Source: Octopus bimaculoides (taxonomy: Eukaryota). Taken from it: a stretch of DNA of 64,000 nucleotides. Below, piece after piece: positions 1-14,222 of the stretch. Both the position numbers and the translations under genes were made by a program. The notes under the pieces were generated by a model. The model searched no databases and was not told the origin of the DNA. It saw only the letters and a program-made list of their open reading frames with translations. The DNA is taken from contig NC_068992.1 of the NCBI RefSeq assembly GCF_001194135.2, positions 1,299,963 to 1,363,962 on the forward strand, written 5' to 3'. The stretch's first letter is position 1, and the number at the start of each line of letters is the position of its first letter.

Positions 1-32
<32 letters not shown>

Positions 33-1195
33 GTTCATACACGTATTTTTTCCCACGAAAAATGTTACAAACACTTACAAAGTTTCAACCCATCAATCTC
101 TTCTCATATTTTAAATTAGATTTTATCATTGGAATATTCAGATAAAAGTCTGGGTTGGCATAAACAAATGGCTCTGATATAAATTTGTAAAGAGTAGCAT
201 TTAGCGCGCAATTCGTCAAAAGCGCAAGTAATGAAAAAGAGAAGAAGAAAGCAATTCTGTGCGATATCTAATAATTTTCACTGAGAATACATATACAGTG
301 AAAAACAATTTCTGAATACATTACTAACATGGATACAATAAGATCTACGGCAAAGGAAATTAGTTAAAAGGAATTCATATTATCTCCATCTGTGTTCCGT
401 TTCTGACAAAGAAACTTTTATTAGATTTAAAGTTATTGAAATTCCGAATATAAGACCACAAATTTCTAAATGCACAACAACAAAATTCCTTACATTCTAG
501 AGAACAGGGCTTTGCATGAAAAGTTTGTTACTGTACTCCGATTTAATGTAATTGTAGCTTTTATTTATGTTTTTTAAATATCAATCATTGGATTTATACT
601 CTGTAATATTTATGATATGTATAGTTTTTTAACGTTTAGGAAATGTTGATTGCAAAATTTTATTTTCAAGGATACGTTTAGCTGAAAGCATTAGATGTCG
701 CCATGGAATAATTTTATTGCAAAAATAGAAAAACAGCAACATATAATAGACTTCTCTCGATCTTTTCATTTTAAAATTGAGTTATTTGCAATAGAAAGCA
801 AAGTGGGAACGACTTTTTCAGTCATACACACATTCACACGGATACTTATTCGTATAAAAATAAATACTCCCACATACATATGGAAGGAAATATTTCTACT
901 AGATTTTCGCTTATTTTCCGTCTATTTTTACTTTATAGACCCTATCTTTTCCTTCTCTCTTTTGCAACTTCATATATATACATGTGTATGTGTGTACCTG
1001 TGTGTGTGCGTATGTATGTGAGTATGTGCGTATGTGTGTATTTTTGGTGTGTACAAGTATGCATGCATCCATGTATATATATATATATATNNNNNNNNNN
1101 TAAATGCAATAAAACACGAATGTTGTTCCGTCATGCACTTCACTAACATATTGTCTAATTTGTTTAGAAAGTAAGACATTGTGCTTATATGCATG

Positions 1196-1281
<86 letters not shown>

Positions 1282-2273
1282 CATATATATAATTACTACG
1301 ATAATATTAGTTGCAAAGACAAAAAATACCATTTTCACCATAAGCACACACACACTTCTTCTTGGTTCCTGAGTATTTTCTGTCGAACAAGGAAAATGTT
1401 CTGATATTCTTGATATTCTACGATTTGAAGTGTGCGTGAGTTTATTTTCTACGTGTTTCATAATGTCTCAATGTGGCCATGCTGAGTCTCGTTCTTGGTG
1501 CAGATAGTTGTTTATGTAGATTTTATGTCACCACTTCGTTTCGTTCTTGTGTAGTTTGTGAATTACGTGATATTTTAACCGAAGATTGACATCGCTTAAA
1601 GCAGGACACAGAACGTAAAGGAAGATAGCAAAGTCCGTCAACGGAATTTGTAGAATCCGATGCGATTTAATTTTATTTATTTTTAGTGTTGGAAACTGAA
1701 CAAAAATGGAAAACGAAATCATATCATATGGCAAGAAACGTTTATAGACTATATTTTAAATATTTGATTAGAATTAAAATTCCTTTGATAATAGATGATC
1801 GCATATATGCGAATCACCGTTACTGCACTCATCCTCATCAGTCTTCTACACAGTCGCTCCTCTGGATAGAAATAATATCTGAATATCCATTTATTCTGAG
1901 CCGACTGCTTAATAGAAGCCAAGGACACTTGTGTAATATAACCGAAGATAATGATTGAAAGAATGGGTGGTGCGACTCCCGCATCTACAGGGCGGTTTTA
2001 TAGCAATTTACTGTCCTACACAGACACAGACACAGACACACACACACAGACACACACATACACAGACACACACACACAGACACACACACAGACACACACA
2101 CAGAGACACACACACACATACACACATACAAGCACACACAAAATCACACATGCACCTACATATATAATCTGCATTTTGCTTACCTATTTTCTCCACGTAT
2201 TGGCTTTATACGTACACAACGGTCTTTATTAAAAAAAATATGGAATTGTGTAAACCGTCTCCCTGCTGTTTAG

Positions 2274-2398
2274 ACTTTCCAGTCTCATTACCATCTCTCA
2301 CAGTGTCTGACCTTGCATGTACCATTCTTGAACCTCTTGAGCCAACGAAAAGTAGAGGCTCAGCGCATAGAAATAAATCCATGTGGAGCATTTCATAA
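2274..2398 (+). other. Candidate terminal coding exon (DFPVSLPSLTVSDLACTILEPLEPTKSRGSAHRNKSMWSIS*), gene unknown
   Basis: Pyrimidine-rich acceptor ccgtctccctgctgtttag ends at 2273. The frame is open to TAA at 2396-2398, with AATAAA motifs downstream (~2562, ~2624, ~2870). No protein family recognised. Confidence 0.2.
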
Positions 2399-3959
2399 GT
2401 TTCTATAATGTTTTGCACACTTTAGCACAAACGTTTATTGAATAGCCTGCTTCCAAACTGTCATCATGTCCCGACCTGTTCTACAAACGAACCAGCTGTG
2501 ACAACCAGTGTTTAGGAGAGTGTGTTCGAAGTGTTGTTACAGCTGTCTCCTTCCTTCTTCAATAAATTATATAGTTGTTCTTTCAGCTAAATAGATGTAT
2601 AGTGATAATTCACTAAAATCACAATAAACTAGGACAGTTATAGCTACCGCGTCCAAAAAATTCTAAAGCTGGAATGGATTTTGTACCTCTACTATTTGTA
2701 TGGACGTCCTAGATATGATCCCTTAAATGAGTGACATGAAGTCAGTTTCTTAAATACACCAACATATGTCCTGTCACATCTCAGGATTTACTTATCTCAG
2801 GAATTACTCATCACTTATACTCTTTGTTTTACGTTGTGCAAGAAACCTTCCTCACTTCTGGTTATGCTGAATAAAATGTCATGTAAATTAAGAAAAAAGA
2901 GTTTATATCAAGTTTTTTCACTCCTGAATTTTCGTATCTCTTAATAAGAAGGTAGTAATGGTGAAAAGAATCTTATTTTTCGAGAGAATTTTATGAAATA
3001 TTGTTGAGGGCAATAAACCTAATATGAATGGAAATTTCGCTATCTCCTTGTTATGCATCATTATTGGAAAGCTATGTTATATCATAGAGCTAAGTGTTAT
3101 CGTCAATTACATTATCCTCGTCAGCGTCTCACCCTCCTGTTCCTTCTCATTACGTTCTTCACAAATATTGACATCAATAGTTTGTTTTTTTCATTTGAGT
3201 TACAAAATAATGGCGCATGTATTTAACAATAACAAGGATGTTACAAACTTATTCCTACGAATGTAAATCCATTATTGAAATGTTATCAATATTGAAGAAT
3301 GAAAGAAAAGAGATCACGTTATCTGGAAATAGATTATCGCAAGTTGCGTTTACTTATAGTTTCTTCTTTCTTAATATAGCAAACACATTTTCTGTGTATA
3401 AGGTCATATTAACATTGTGTAAAATACAGTCTATGCTAATGTATTACAAACATGCATAGATATTATATTAGCTTGTTTCTCTTCTCATCCTCGCAGTTAA
3501 TATATTTCCAATAAAATATTTATGTGTTAATTTTCACATATGTAAACCTTCAACAATTCAATGATAAGCGCAAAGACATGAGAAACAGCATTGCATGTCC
3601 AGTCAATTGGCAATGTTAAAATTTATATTAAACCATTTTATATATTTGTCTCCATTAATGGACATAGACGGACGGGCCTGCAAAATACCCACCGAATATA
3701 AATCAGTTTTATAGAAGTGAATATATGCTAACAAGATTCAATGTGATCATCTGTTACATAGTCACCGTCTAATGATTTAACACAGATAAATAATGCGCGT
3801 CAGAATATCTCACCGCAGTATTTGAACATTAATATACGAATATATAAATATATTTCAAATAGTCAATTGATGTCTAGACTATGAAAATTACTAAATTTTC
3901 TATATTTTAAAATACACACAGAGAGTGTACCATGATCAATATCAATGAATGAAAAATAG

Positions 3960-4430
3960 CATTGATTAAACGGCAATTGCTGAGCTTCAGTTTTAGCTGT
4001 TCCGTTGTGGTCTTCATCCTTATTCTGTCTATGCCAGTACCTTATCTGCAAATATCTTCATTAATATTGTCCACATTATGAGAATTATTCCTGCCGTCTT
4101 TTTCGATTGTCCCCAGTTCTAAATAAATGTTTGTGATTACTACGGCAGGTCTTCCACCTCCAGCCTTGCATCCAACACAAATTATTGGAATTAGAAATCC
4201 TCCACATAATTCTCGAATTGCTGGAAGTTGCATCAATGCAATACATCAATAAGATTTGCCAATACATCATATATGTTAACGTTGATCAAAAGTGTCAAAA
4301 ATTAACTGAGTGTTTTCATAATTCAAATTGCAGTTCCATTTTAAATCATGAAGAATATTAGAAGTGTTATATTGCTGTCAGCCGCAATTTTGAACAGGTC
4401 CGAATCAATATTTTCTTTTTCGGTAAATAA
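3960..4430 (-). mobile_element. Degenerate RTE-clade LINE reverse transcriptase fragment
   Basis: Frame-hopping translation gives ENIDSDLFKIAADS ... AVVITNIY / RTGDNRK / AGIILIMWTILMKIFADKVL / RIRMKTTTEQL. This matches the order of RTE RT N-terminal motifs (D.I.AELLK, AVIVPIYKKGD, RGI.LL...KIFA....RIR..EEQL). Many stops and frameshifts. Confidence 0.5.
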
Positions 4431-4473
4431 AATTTATTCGGAAATTCGTTTCAAACCAGTCGGGTTCCATCGA

Positions 4474-4509
<36 letters not shown>

Positions 4510-4714
4510 CATACATTTAGCAACTATGTAGATTTTCTTTTTCCAGTGGAAGTAAATGATTAGCTTCTGCAATTTCTAAAGCACTTCCAAACTCTCCAAG
4601 AAAACGATAACATTTTAGATTCCAATTCACTTCCTAACATTTACGAAATATCCACAATTTCTCGGAAAACTAAGTCCCCTTCAGTTTCGCCTTCTTTATC
4701 GTTTCCGCAATCTT

Positions 4715-5290
4715 AATGTTATCATCATCATCATCAATATCGCCATCATTACCGATGTCGTTGTTGTCATCCTCGTTGATATTATTATTTGATTTAAGAC
4801 TCTCAGCATATTTTGTTGGGTATAATGGAAAGTGTCAGCTGGCAACGGCCAGCGGGTTGAGATTGTACTTGTATACTGATCATTCTTCAAGAAATTTGCG
4901 GAGAACTCTTGCAGTTTCGATTAATGTTTACAGGGGTTGTATGCTTATGTTTGAGCCACGTTGGGAGCTGAGTGCTGATACTTTCATTCGCGCCAATTGC
5001 TTCCGGTATCAAGTCCACTCTCTTCATTACCCACAACCTGCGTATTTTCCATTTCAACTGGACATAATTGTTTAGTTTTTCGTCTTTCGCTTTGGTCCTC
5101 TTATCACCAGGACATGCTGTGTCGATTAACATGCATTATTTTTTTTTTGTTCACCACAACGTTGTCAGGTTTCCAAATGTCTGATTTGATGGTCACACTG
5201 AATTATTGCATCCCACAGGATTTCGTAGTCTTCATTCTAGGTAACTGCTTCTGGGATTTGGTCATACTACGTCTTTGATCTTTGTAGGCC
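4715..5290 (-). mobile_element. R4/Dong-like (RLE) non-LTR retrotransposon 3' end, copy 1
   Basis: Translation NEDYEILWDAIIQCDHQIRH-KPDNVVVNKK-CMLIDTACPGDKRTKAKDEKLNNYVQLKWKIRRLWVMKRVDLIP is a PD-(D/E)xK restriction-like endonuclease. It is followed by a degenerate TAA/TGA trinucleotide tail at ~4715-4790. Confidence 0.8.
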
Positions 5291-5479
5291 CTGATTTGCC
5301 ACATTGTCATATCGTCTTTTGTAATCGCGTTATGCTAGTTTCGGGAATGCGTGGCAGTGTGCTATACTGTTTCAATCTTCTCATCTTCTCATCACACGTT
5401 CCGAATTTGTAGCTCTCAATTGTATTGTCAATTCTGTACTTCACATATTTGATGTTGTCAATTCTGCACTTCATACAGT

Positions 5480-5790
5480 CATTATTATTATTATGTTTGA
5501 CTTTTGTTTTTCATTTGTACAAGTTGGATCCAAGTCTCACCCAGAGACCTCAAGAGACAACAAGTTAGAAGTTCATGTAGGTGTTATGCCTAGGGTACCA
5601 TATATTTGAATTTCTACATACCATATATTTGGATTTGTACGTTTGGATTTGTACTAGAGAATGTTTAAGAAACCATAAGAAAATTGTGTTTGTTTTAAAA
5701 TTTGAGATCACATAGACAGTATTTTACGTAGGATATGGGCAGTTCCCATGAGCACTATCTTTTGAACTTCGAGGCTGCGAAATGGGCGTC
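5480..5790 (-). mobile_element. R4/Dong-like (RLE) LINE extreme 3' end plus 3'UTR, copy 2 (different family)
   Basis: LEVQKIVLMGTAHILRKILSM* (stop 5708-5710) is the typical RLE ORF C-terminus. A 3'UTR ends in ...caaaagtcaaacataataataataatga with a (TAA)n tail. Confidence 0.75.
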
Positions 5791-8700
5791 TTTCGGAGAA
5801 AATGCTAAATGGCATTTCTTCCGTCTTTTCACACTCAGTTTAGATGCTGCTTTGTTCAGCGTTTACCCTTTCCTGGTCGATAAAATATCAATTTCTGCTC
5901 TCGGTGTATTCTCCCTTCCTAAAACTGAATACTTATTCTAAAATTTGAAATCATTATTATAATTTAACTCGTGGAAAGAATAAAAAACCTTGTTTTTGCA
6001 GCCATTTTACTGACATCAAAGCGACTATGATTTTGATTTTTGATCGAAATTGAGAAATTTCGTTCCGATTCGATTCTCGAGGCACTCCTTCATCTCGTTG
6101 CTTGGGAGTTCAATGCCGTAGAGGCATTTCATTCTTATTAATAGAAATGTGTGTTTTCAATAATATTATGTAATATGGATTCATCCATAGCATGGTCACA
6201 ACCTATTTTAGCTTCAATAGCCCGTGCTATGCTTGCTAATTATTGCTAATTTTTCTTCGCATCTTTATAGCATTAAACTTTCTGCTTTGATAATTTAATG
6301 GTGCATTCAATTGTACTATCGTCATTTATTAATTTAGGACATATATTGATTCTGAAGAAAACCTTAAAACTCCCTCCCTCCAAAAACAAAATCAAAACAA
6401 AATACCGTGAACAAAATGAAATTTAGTTGACGGACACAATATATACGCATACCATAAAAAAGTTTAAAAGACACAACACTTCTAACACGTGCAATTTGTG
6501 TGATAGCAGCTCCAAAAATAGAATACTAAGTTAAAAGGACTTATGCTAGCACTGTCTCGATTTGTCATGCGTAATGCATAGAGTGGGGAGCTGAAATTGA
6601 ACGCACTTTGAATTTTTATAGGAAAATTCGAACCGCATTGACTGGTAATTTATAATGCTTGAAACACACAATGATAGTTATTATAATTAAAAACACACAC
6701 AAAATACACAGACGTAAGCCCCATACATATATAATGTTGATGATGACATAGACGCCAATTAATTCATCACATTTTGAATAGGCTAAATGAAAGCAATGAA
6801 GAGATTCACAAAATGTTCAGGCATTTTTTTTAAAGTTCACGCTTTTATTGCCACAATCACAGTATATAATAGGATATAATATACACACCGTATACGATAG
6901 TTGTTTTACAGGGTTGCTTCCTTTTATTTAAGTCCGGAAAATGCGGTTCATACTGTTCATACAACGCAGTAGAGAATGATCGGTGGTAAGTTACCTACTC
7001 GGATTGCTGTTTAGTTTTATATTTCATAATTTCTGAGGGAAGTTACAGGCACTCTTCACAACGAATAAAAAACCCAAGGTCAAATACGAGGTGTGCGTGC
7101 ATCTAGGCTTCCGTATATATAGAAACACATCGTGAAGTTTAGCCATTGTATCAATAGCGTATAATATTTTATACTCATTCTACATTCATGCATATATTAT
7201 GCATACTTGCAGACACATGTGAACATGCGTAGTGTTCTTATGACTTTAGATACACACTTTATGAGACGCTTCAGTCTATACTTTCATGTACACTTGCATG
7301 CACACATATATATTCATATATATCCATAACTACATACTCGTACATCCACATGCCTTTGTGTAAAAAAGTTTCCACTGTAAAATAACGAGTACATACCTAA
7401 TTAATATAGCACGTGTAGAAAGTATCCAGTGAAAGTTAGTATTGAGTATTTGTTACGTGACTGATTACACACACGTATCATTGAACGTTGCGCCAGTGTG
7501 ATATTTAATGTCCTTATATGCACCCTCTATAATAGCGATAGATGCTATACTTATTTGTAAGTCTTCATTGTAAATTAGTCTTCTTAACAGATGAATCCTT
7601 ATGAAAAGTTTAATTCCGTAATAGTAAACAAAATCTATTTCGATGTGAAAGAATCCTGATATCATTATTCTGATAGAGGTAACTACTTTAATTAATTTAC
7701 GTTTAAAGAAGACCAGTCTCAACAAAAATAAGGACGAAAGCACGGCGTTAGTTATATCAGTTATTTGATAATATTTATTTCACGTGATCTACGAAATTAA
7801 AGGTACAGCATGTTATGCGTAGCTTCTGATTAATATTTCAAATATTTTTTTAAAATCTAAAATTAAGTTTATTTGTCATCATAAATCTGGGCCGTTTTGT
7901 TTGTTGCATAATCTAGAAGCTTTCTATAATTAACTGAATATACTGTGGATATGTCATTATCATATCAGGTTTTTTCGTGCTTTACAGAAAATAGTGATCG
8001 TAAGGCATGTGCTTTGTGAAATAACTCTTGGTATATTTGTATAATCATTTATGATTACGAAAACAATAGCTACTTACTCAGTATTTAATGGCTCAGTTAA
8101 TGTACATATAAGTCGATCGGAGTGACAAGCTATAGCACAATGAAGTGTTAAGAAATATGTGAGAAATGCTTTTTATGATTGCTGCTTGGACTGTATTAAG
8201 ATAAGGAGTGGCACCTATATTCTTGAGAGTCATTACATAAAGACGAATCGTTTTATTGTGTAGACGAAGTTGTCATCATGGAACAATAATTTACCATTTT
8301 CATCGCTATTTATCATTAACGCCAGTATAAATACGAAGAAGACGAATTTAATGAAAATGGTTCGATGTTAATGTAACAATAAATCACCATTATGACAATA
8401 ATAAAATTTATCTACAGGAAAAAAGGAAACGAATAGCAGATATTACGGCATTAATATTCACAAAGAACAAGCTTTTATAAGCAAATATTCTGTATAAAAT
8501 ATGAAGTATGTTTAAAATATAATGCTCAATAAAAATACAATCAAATAACTGGTAAAAGTAAATCAAGAGATTAAATACAAGTTATAAGAAGTAAAAATAC
8601 ACGTATGAACACAGAGACAATGTTTTAGGATACATCTTAATAAAGAAAAAGAATGTAATGAGTTGAGGTATATAATTGTATAAAAACAGTATACCGTGAC

Positions 8701-8849
8701 AGATATGTAAGAATGAATTAAAACCGAATTAGGCCTGGAAATATGTGTAAGAAAAAACCCACTTATATAAAGGATATTGATTTTTTAAAAATCAATAAAA
8801 TATTTGCATATATAGATGCAGATATATATGTATTATGACAGTATTATGT

Positions 8850-8956
<107 letters not shown>

Positions 8957-9000
8957 ATAATGATTTGCATCTTCTTCCATAAATACATGTGTATGTTTTC

Positions 9001-9056
<56 letters not shown>

Positions 9057-10639
9057 GTGTGTGTGCGCGCATGTGTGCGTGTGTAATTATTGATATAAAT
9101 TTGTCAGAAAACAATAAATCAAGGAACACCCGCGAAAGCACATACATATTTACAAACGTATTCTTTGGATCCTTTTGTCAGTTATAGCGATAGTTCGCCT
9201 TCAAATAAAAGATGCAATAATCATGTTTGAAACACGTTCCGTGATTACATATATTTTAGTCTTTTCATAATGTTTTATACGCTCGATCGATGCATTAATA
9301 GAAACTCAGAAAAATGACCACATTTGACGATATTAACTGTTTTAACAACAAAATCAGGTATTTCTCGACGACTAATAGATATTTTTCTACTGAAATAATA
9401 ATATCGGCTTGTAATCAAAGCTTTCAATATATTATAAAGTTCTTTCTTCGTTGCAAAAATATCTTCTACTGTTGTGTTTTGCTTCGGGGAATTATTTTTT
9501 TTCTTTTTCGTGTTCCTGTTAGTGTTCTTCAACTGGTGCAATATTTTCTCAATTTAAAGTTTTATTTCTCTTTTCAGAATAACACTATTGAAACTCTGAC
9601 AGCGTTACCGAACGGTAAATGCAAATATAGAAGAACAACAACAAATCGGAACTATTTACACAAACACCTACAAGCACAATCACGCACAAATACATACACG
9701 CACACCCACATACACACATGCACGTACCAATGCAAGGATGCACACTTATAAGCGTACAGTTTTGCATACATGCATAAATTCATACATAATAACATATATA
9801 CATGCAATTTCATAGGTAATAAACGGCTCTGTCAATCTAAGAGAAACAACACTCTTATAACATCTCATCTTCAAGACTGCAGTCATGCAACGTTGGAGCA
9901 TAAAACCAGCACTACTTCTCTCCCATAGAAAATACAGACCCCTGACATCAAATGTAGAATAGGAAACAGCTACACAGAGAATGCATTCCATATATTTAGA
10001 AAAATTGTCGCTATATTATTTGTTTGTGTTTTATTTTGTCGATTACAAAGTATAGTAGGGCTACTTGGACACCGTCTGTGAGAAAAACAGCACCATGACG
10101 CAATTCATTCTGACAGTAGGAATATTAACTGTCATATAAACAATAAAAGATAAGGTTGATCCCAGGAATGTATTGATGCACAGTGCAAAAGAACGTATCT
10201 AAATACGAACATTACATTTTGTCCTGTTCACAACTCATTTAGAGACACAAATATGAGTAACTATATTTGACTTAGTTTACATAATAGCATAACATCATTT
10301 TCCGGTCAGATGCCATGTATATAAAATTAAGTTGGTAGAAGGGGAATTGGATTACACATTTGCTTTTATCTTGATGACGATGCACGTTTAGATTTTAATT
10401 GCATCATTATATGTAAGTTTGGGAAAATGTTCGAAGATCATCAGATTTTCAATCTATATATGTTTAACCAATTTATATATTTTATCAAGCACTTGTCCGT
10501 CTCAATTTGTACATGTATTTAATGTTATGCTACAAATTATTACTCGGAATGCCTAAATTTCATCATTTAGGCCCAATAATCTCGTCTAAACCCTTACTAC
10601 GTCTTCTTTTTTTATTGCGTTTTCTATAAAGTGTCAATG

Positions 10640-10687
<48 letters not shown>

Positions 10688-10689
<2 letters not shown>

Positions 10690-10788
10690 GCAAAAGAAGC
10701 CGATAGAATAAATACTAGGCTTACGAAAGTGCACCAGCATGGCCGCCATAAAATGACTGAAACAAATAAAATAGTAAAATAGTAAAAG
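10688..10788 (+). mobile_element. tRNA-SINE 3' fragment with internal deletion (family also at 24590, 37283, 50243)
   Basis: gatagaataaatactaggcttac ... gcaccagcatggccgc...aaatgactgaaacaaataaaatagtaaaatag shares blocks with 50243-50360 and with the reverse complement of 37283-37510. Confidence 0.75.
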
Positions 10789-11704
10789 TGTATATCAATG
10801 TACGAATTTTTATCTTTTTAAAAGTGTAAAATTCTGTATTGAGACAATTTAAGTATTTCTGATGCATAGACCAATGTAGCGTTAGAGGAGTTAAGAGATA
10901 CATTAAATGAGATATTTGTACGATATCCAAACATAATTTTCCACTACATATATATTCCATTCACTTCTTACACTGGTGCGACATGACCCCCATTATGTAT
11001 GATTCTTGCAATACTATGTAATTAATAGTTACATTATACGATATGGCATAATTTATAGACTCCATTTACGAATTACTTCCCATCACGTAAATCAACCAAT
11101 GATGAAAATGATGTCAATGTTATTATTCAATACTGACTGAATATATTCAATGATTATCGATTGGTGTTTTCAGTTATTTGGTAATGGCTTTATGTTTCTA
11201 GTTCAAGCGAAGCACTAAATAGCTTTATTGTCACGCCAAAGTTATCCATCTTATTTATATAGAGAGTGTATGTTCGTTATAAGCAACATAGGTTTATTTA
11301 TTCGTTAAAAGTTATTGAATTGATTCAGATAGTTATTGTTCAGGCAAACAAACAAGGTATTGCCATGGTAATCGATTCGATTTCAGAAAACCGTATGTTC
11401 AACACAGTTTCATCGTGCCATTTCTAAAGCGGAATATGCGTAAGTGAACCCTATCAGAAATCAAATCAACGTGTATGACATTCTATGAAAAGGGAATTTG
11501 AAATATATATTTTCGTAGAAATAACAATTCACATGATTTGTATTGAAATATGATCAATTTCTTCAAAATGTCCCCAGCCTATTTTACTTCAATACCATAT
11601 GTACATTTAAATGCTACATATTCTCTCTAATTTTTTTTTCTTTCACACACACTCTCTCTCTCCACATATACATATGTATAACTATATATGCATGTATGTG
11701 TATG

Positions 11705-11737
<33 letters not shown>

Positions 11738-11764
11738 GTATCTATATAGATCTATGTATATACA

Positions 11765-11847
<83 letters not shown>

Positions 11848-12654
11848 GATATGCATGTACATAGATGCATGTATGTACGTTTATGTGTATAGAAAAGGGT
11901 TAATCTATCATGTGATTAGCACATGCATAACATGCACACACAAACACATACCAATGCACTTTAAAAGACAAAGACACATGTATACATTTGTGTTTATATT
12001 TATATATGTGAATAAACCAACAGATATTCCAAACATGAATATTTCAAACATTGTCTAATGCCACGAAATATTACCCTTTTAAATTCTCAGTCACCAAGTA
12101 TATTTAGGAAATATCGATATTTCTACACAATACAAGAACCTCACGTACATTACCAAATGGGAGGTAGCAGTGCGTTGTATATTATAGAATTTCTGTTCGT
12201 TCACTTGCTGAGCGTTCGATACATTTTAAAGAATAAAAGGTGCCAGGTGTCAACACAGAAAGAAAATAATTTTTCCTTTCCTTCCCAAACATATAAGACG
12301 AACTCGGAAGACGTTTGAACCACCATCTCTGAGCGGCAAAACCCATGCACATTTGCCAGTTGTTCAACCAACGGCTTCACTGGAATTGCGATTGTAGTTA
12401 ATATAGCAGAGCTACTGGCTTTTCATTTATACAACTTTTTCTATTCATTCAAATATCATGGATGATAAAATTCATTAGGTTTACACGTCAAATGAAAGAT
12501 ATTTCCAAGAGCTAACAGCTATATATTAGCTATGTTGCTATAAAAAAATTAGAATTAAATTTTAGTAGATGAGAGCATTTTGAAAAATGTTATGTCTCTA
12601 GTCAAACTCATCGTAAACAGTTCTCATTATTTTAATTTACACATTAAATGTTTG

Positions 12655-13620
12655 ATTATGAGAAAATTTTGGTGTACTTTCCGGTTGGTATTTACAATTG
12701 GTGTTGTGCATCTTAAACGTACATTGTTGACATTGTTTATTCCCATTCATAAACAAAAATCCTGGCGTCAAGAATGGCTTCAATAATGTTATTATTAAAG
12801 ATAGAACGTTGCTTCAACTAACGCACACATCTGACTAAACATGGATTTTGATTTTATGCAGTTACTACTGCTTATGCTAGATTGATGGAGGAGTTCTGTG
12901 TGCGTAGAGCCTGTCGGGTCATCAAACAGAATGTGCATTACGAAGACTGGATGAAGAAAACGCACTTTGGTTACATATATCTACTGCGTGGGCTTCGTAT
13001 TTGGTACCTTTACAACTGGGTAGAAACTACTTGTAAGATAGATATTGTCTTACAAGACTACTTGTAAGATAGACATTGCTACTGCAGTCGTTGTTTAATA
13101 TGATTCCATACCTGAAAATATTTGGGAATTGCTCTTCAAGTATGAAGATGTCGCAGATTCTGCTGTCTATGTATCTGAATCAAGAGAATATAAATGATTG
13201 TCGCTGTTGCTCTGAAAATATTTGGAGAAATAGGTTGTTGCAGTGTAGCACCGACAAATATTCTTAATGTTTTGCTTTTGAAATGCTATTCTAATCTTTC
13301 ATAAGTTACACGACATGAAAAGATGATATGCGGCGATTTGTTTTACTAAGCTACAAAATTCAATCTTTTATACGTTGCACTTTAAAGGTCATCATACATC
13401 AGATCCTGCTGTTGACCTTCAGCCACCTGTCTATGAAACTGTTGCCTTCCAGTAACTAGATAATAATCAATACAACCTCTCTTTCCACGTACTTGCGTAA
13501 CAGTGTGTGTGGTCAAAGATGCGAAATATGTGGTACAGAAATAAAATCCGTGTGCTTCCCTTCGAAAACATTTGGTGTGTATATCTGTGTGATACCGATA
13601 ATTTGCTTACGCAATAAAAA
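12655..13620 (+). mobile_element. Heavily decayed piggyBac-like transposase
   Basis: Motifs occur in piggyBac order across frames: MRKFWCTFRLVFTIGVVHLK, FNNVIIKDRTLLQLTHTSD, IDGGV..RACRVIKQ, KKTHFGYIYL..YLYN..TCK, and a Cys-rich tail PRTCVTVC..RCEICG. Many stops; no paired TTAA-CCC termini found. Confidence 0.5.
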
Positions 13621-14222
13621 ATTTTAAGAATCACCAAAATGTTTTGCTGTGTACAGCGGAAAATATTTTTGATACAGAACTGTATGGCTCTCATGTTTGT
13701 CACCTTCTTTTAAATTTTTTTCCAGATAAGTTCCATATAGAGACGAACTTCAGGAGGAATATATTTTATCCACTCACGATTCCTAAGTTGTGACTATCTC
13801 TCATGTGACTTTTGCTTATTTCTATGCTTCGTATGAATGAGATTTCGTAGGCATGTCCCATGGAAATAAGATTTTAGGCCGACCGTTTACCATGTGGTTG
13901 AACGATTCCCTGATTATACATGTTCACCAACATTGACGATATCTCTCCTCTGAACTATGGTGAGATAAGATAGTGTTAGTGTTGTTAAGACAGAGGAGGT
14001 GCTATAATAGCATTATTATTGTATCCAGTCACAAGGAGGAAGCTTAATATTTCTTCTGTTCTCTTTGCGTTAAAGTCACATTTTATGAGGTTCATCTTTC
14101 CTTTCAGATAAATTCAGTCTTCGTTTGCATTCCCAAGTGGTTGTATGGCATAGTGACACTTAGAAAGAAGTGTAAGTGCCTTTCGATCAGAGGGATCCTT
14201 TATGAGGCTCCAGCCTGTGTTT

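Noticed and set aside
3671-3693. Resemblance to mollusc miR-193 (recalled sequence)
   Set aside because: Seed mismatch, an indel, and no precursor hairpin.
7591-7677. Acceptor/donor pair around ATGAATCCTTATGAAAAG
   Set aside because: Stops in all three frames.
11894-11903. piggyBac-like end AAAGGG-TTAA
   Set aside because: Wrong orientation and side to be the left end of the 12655-13620 remnant, and no partner was found.
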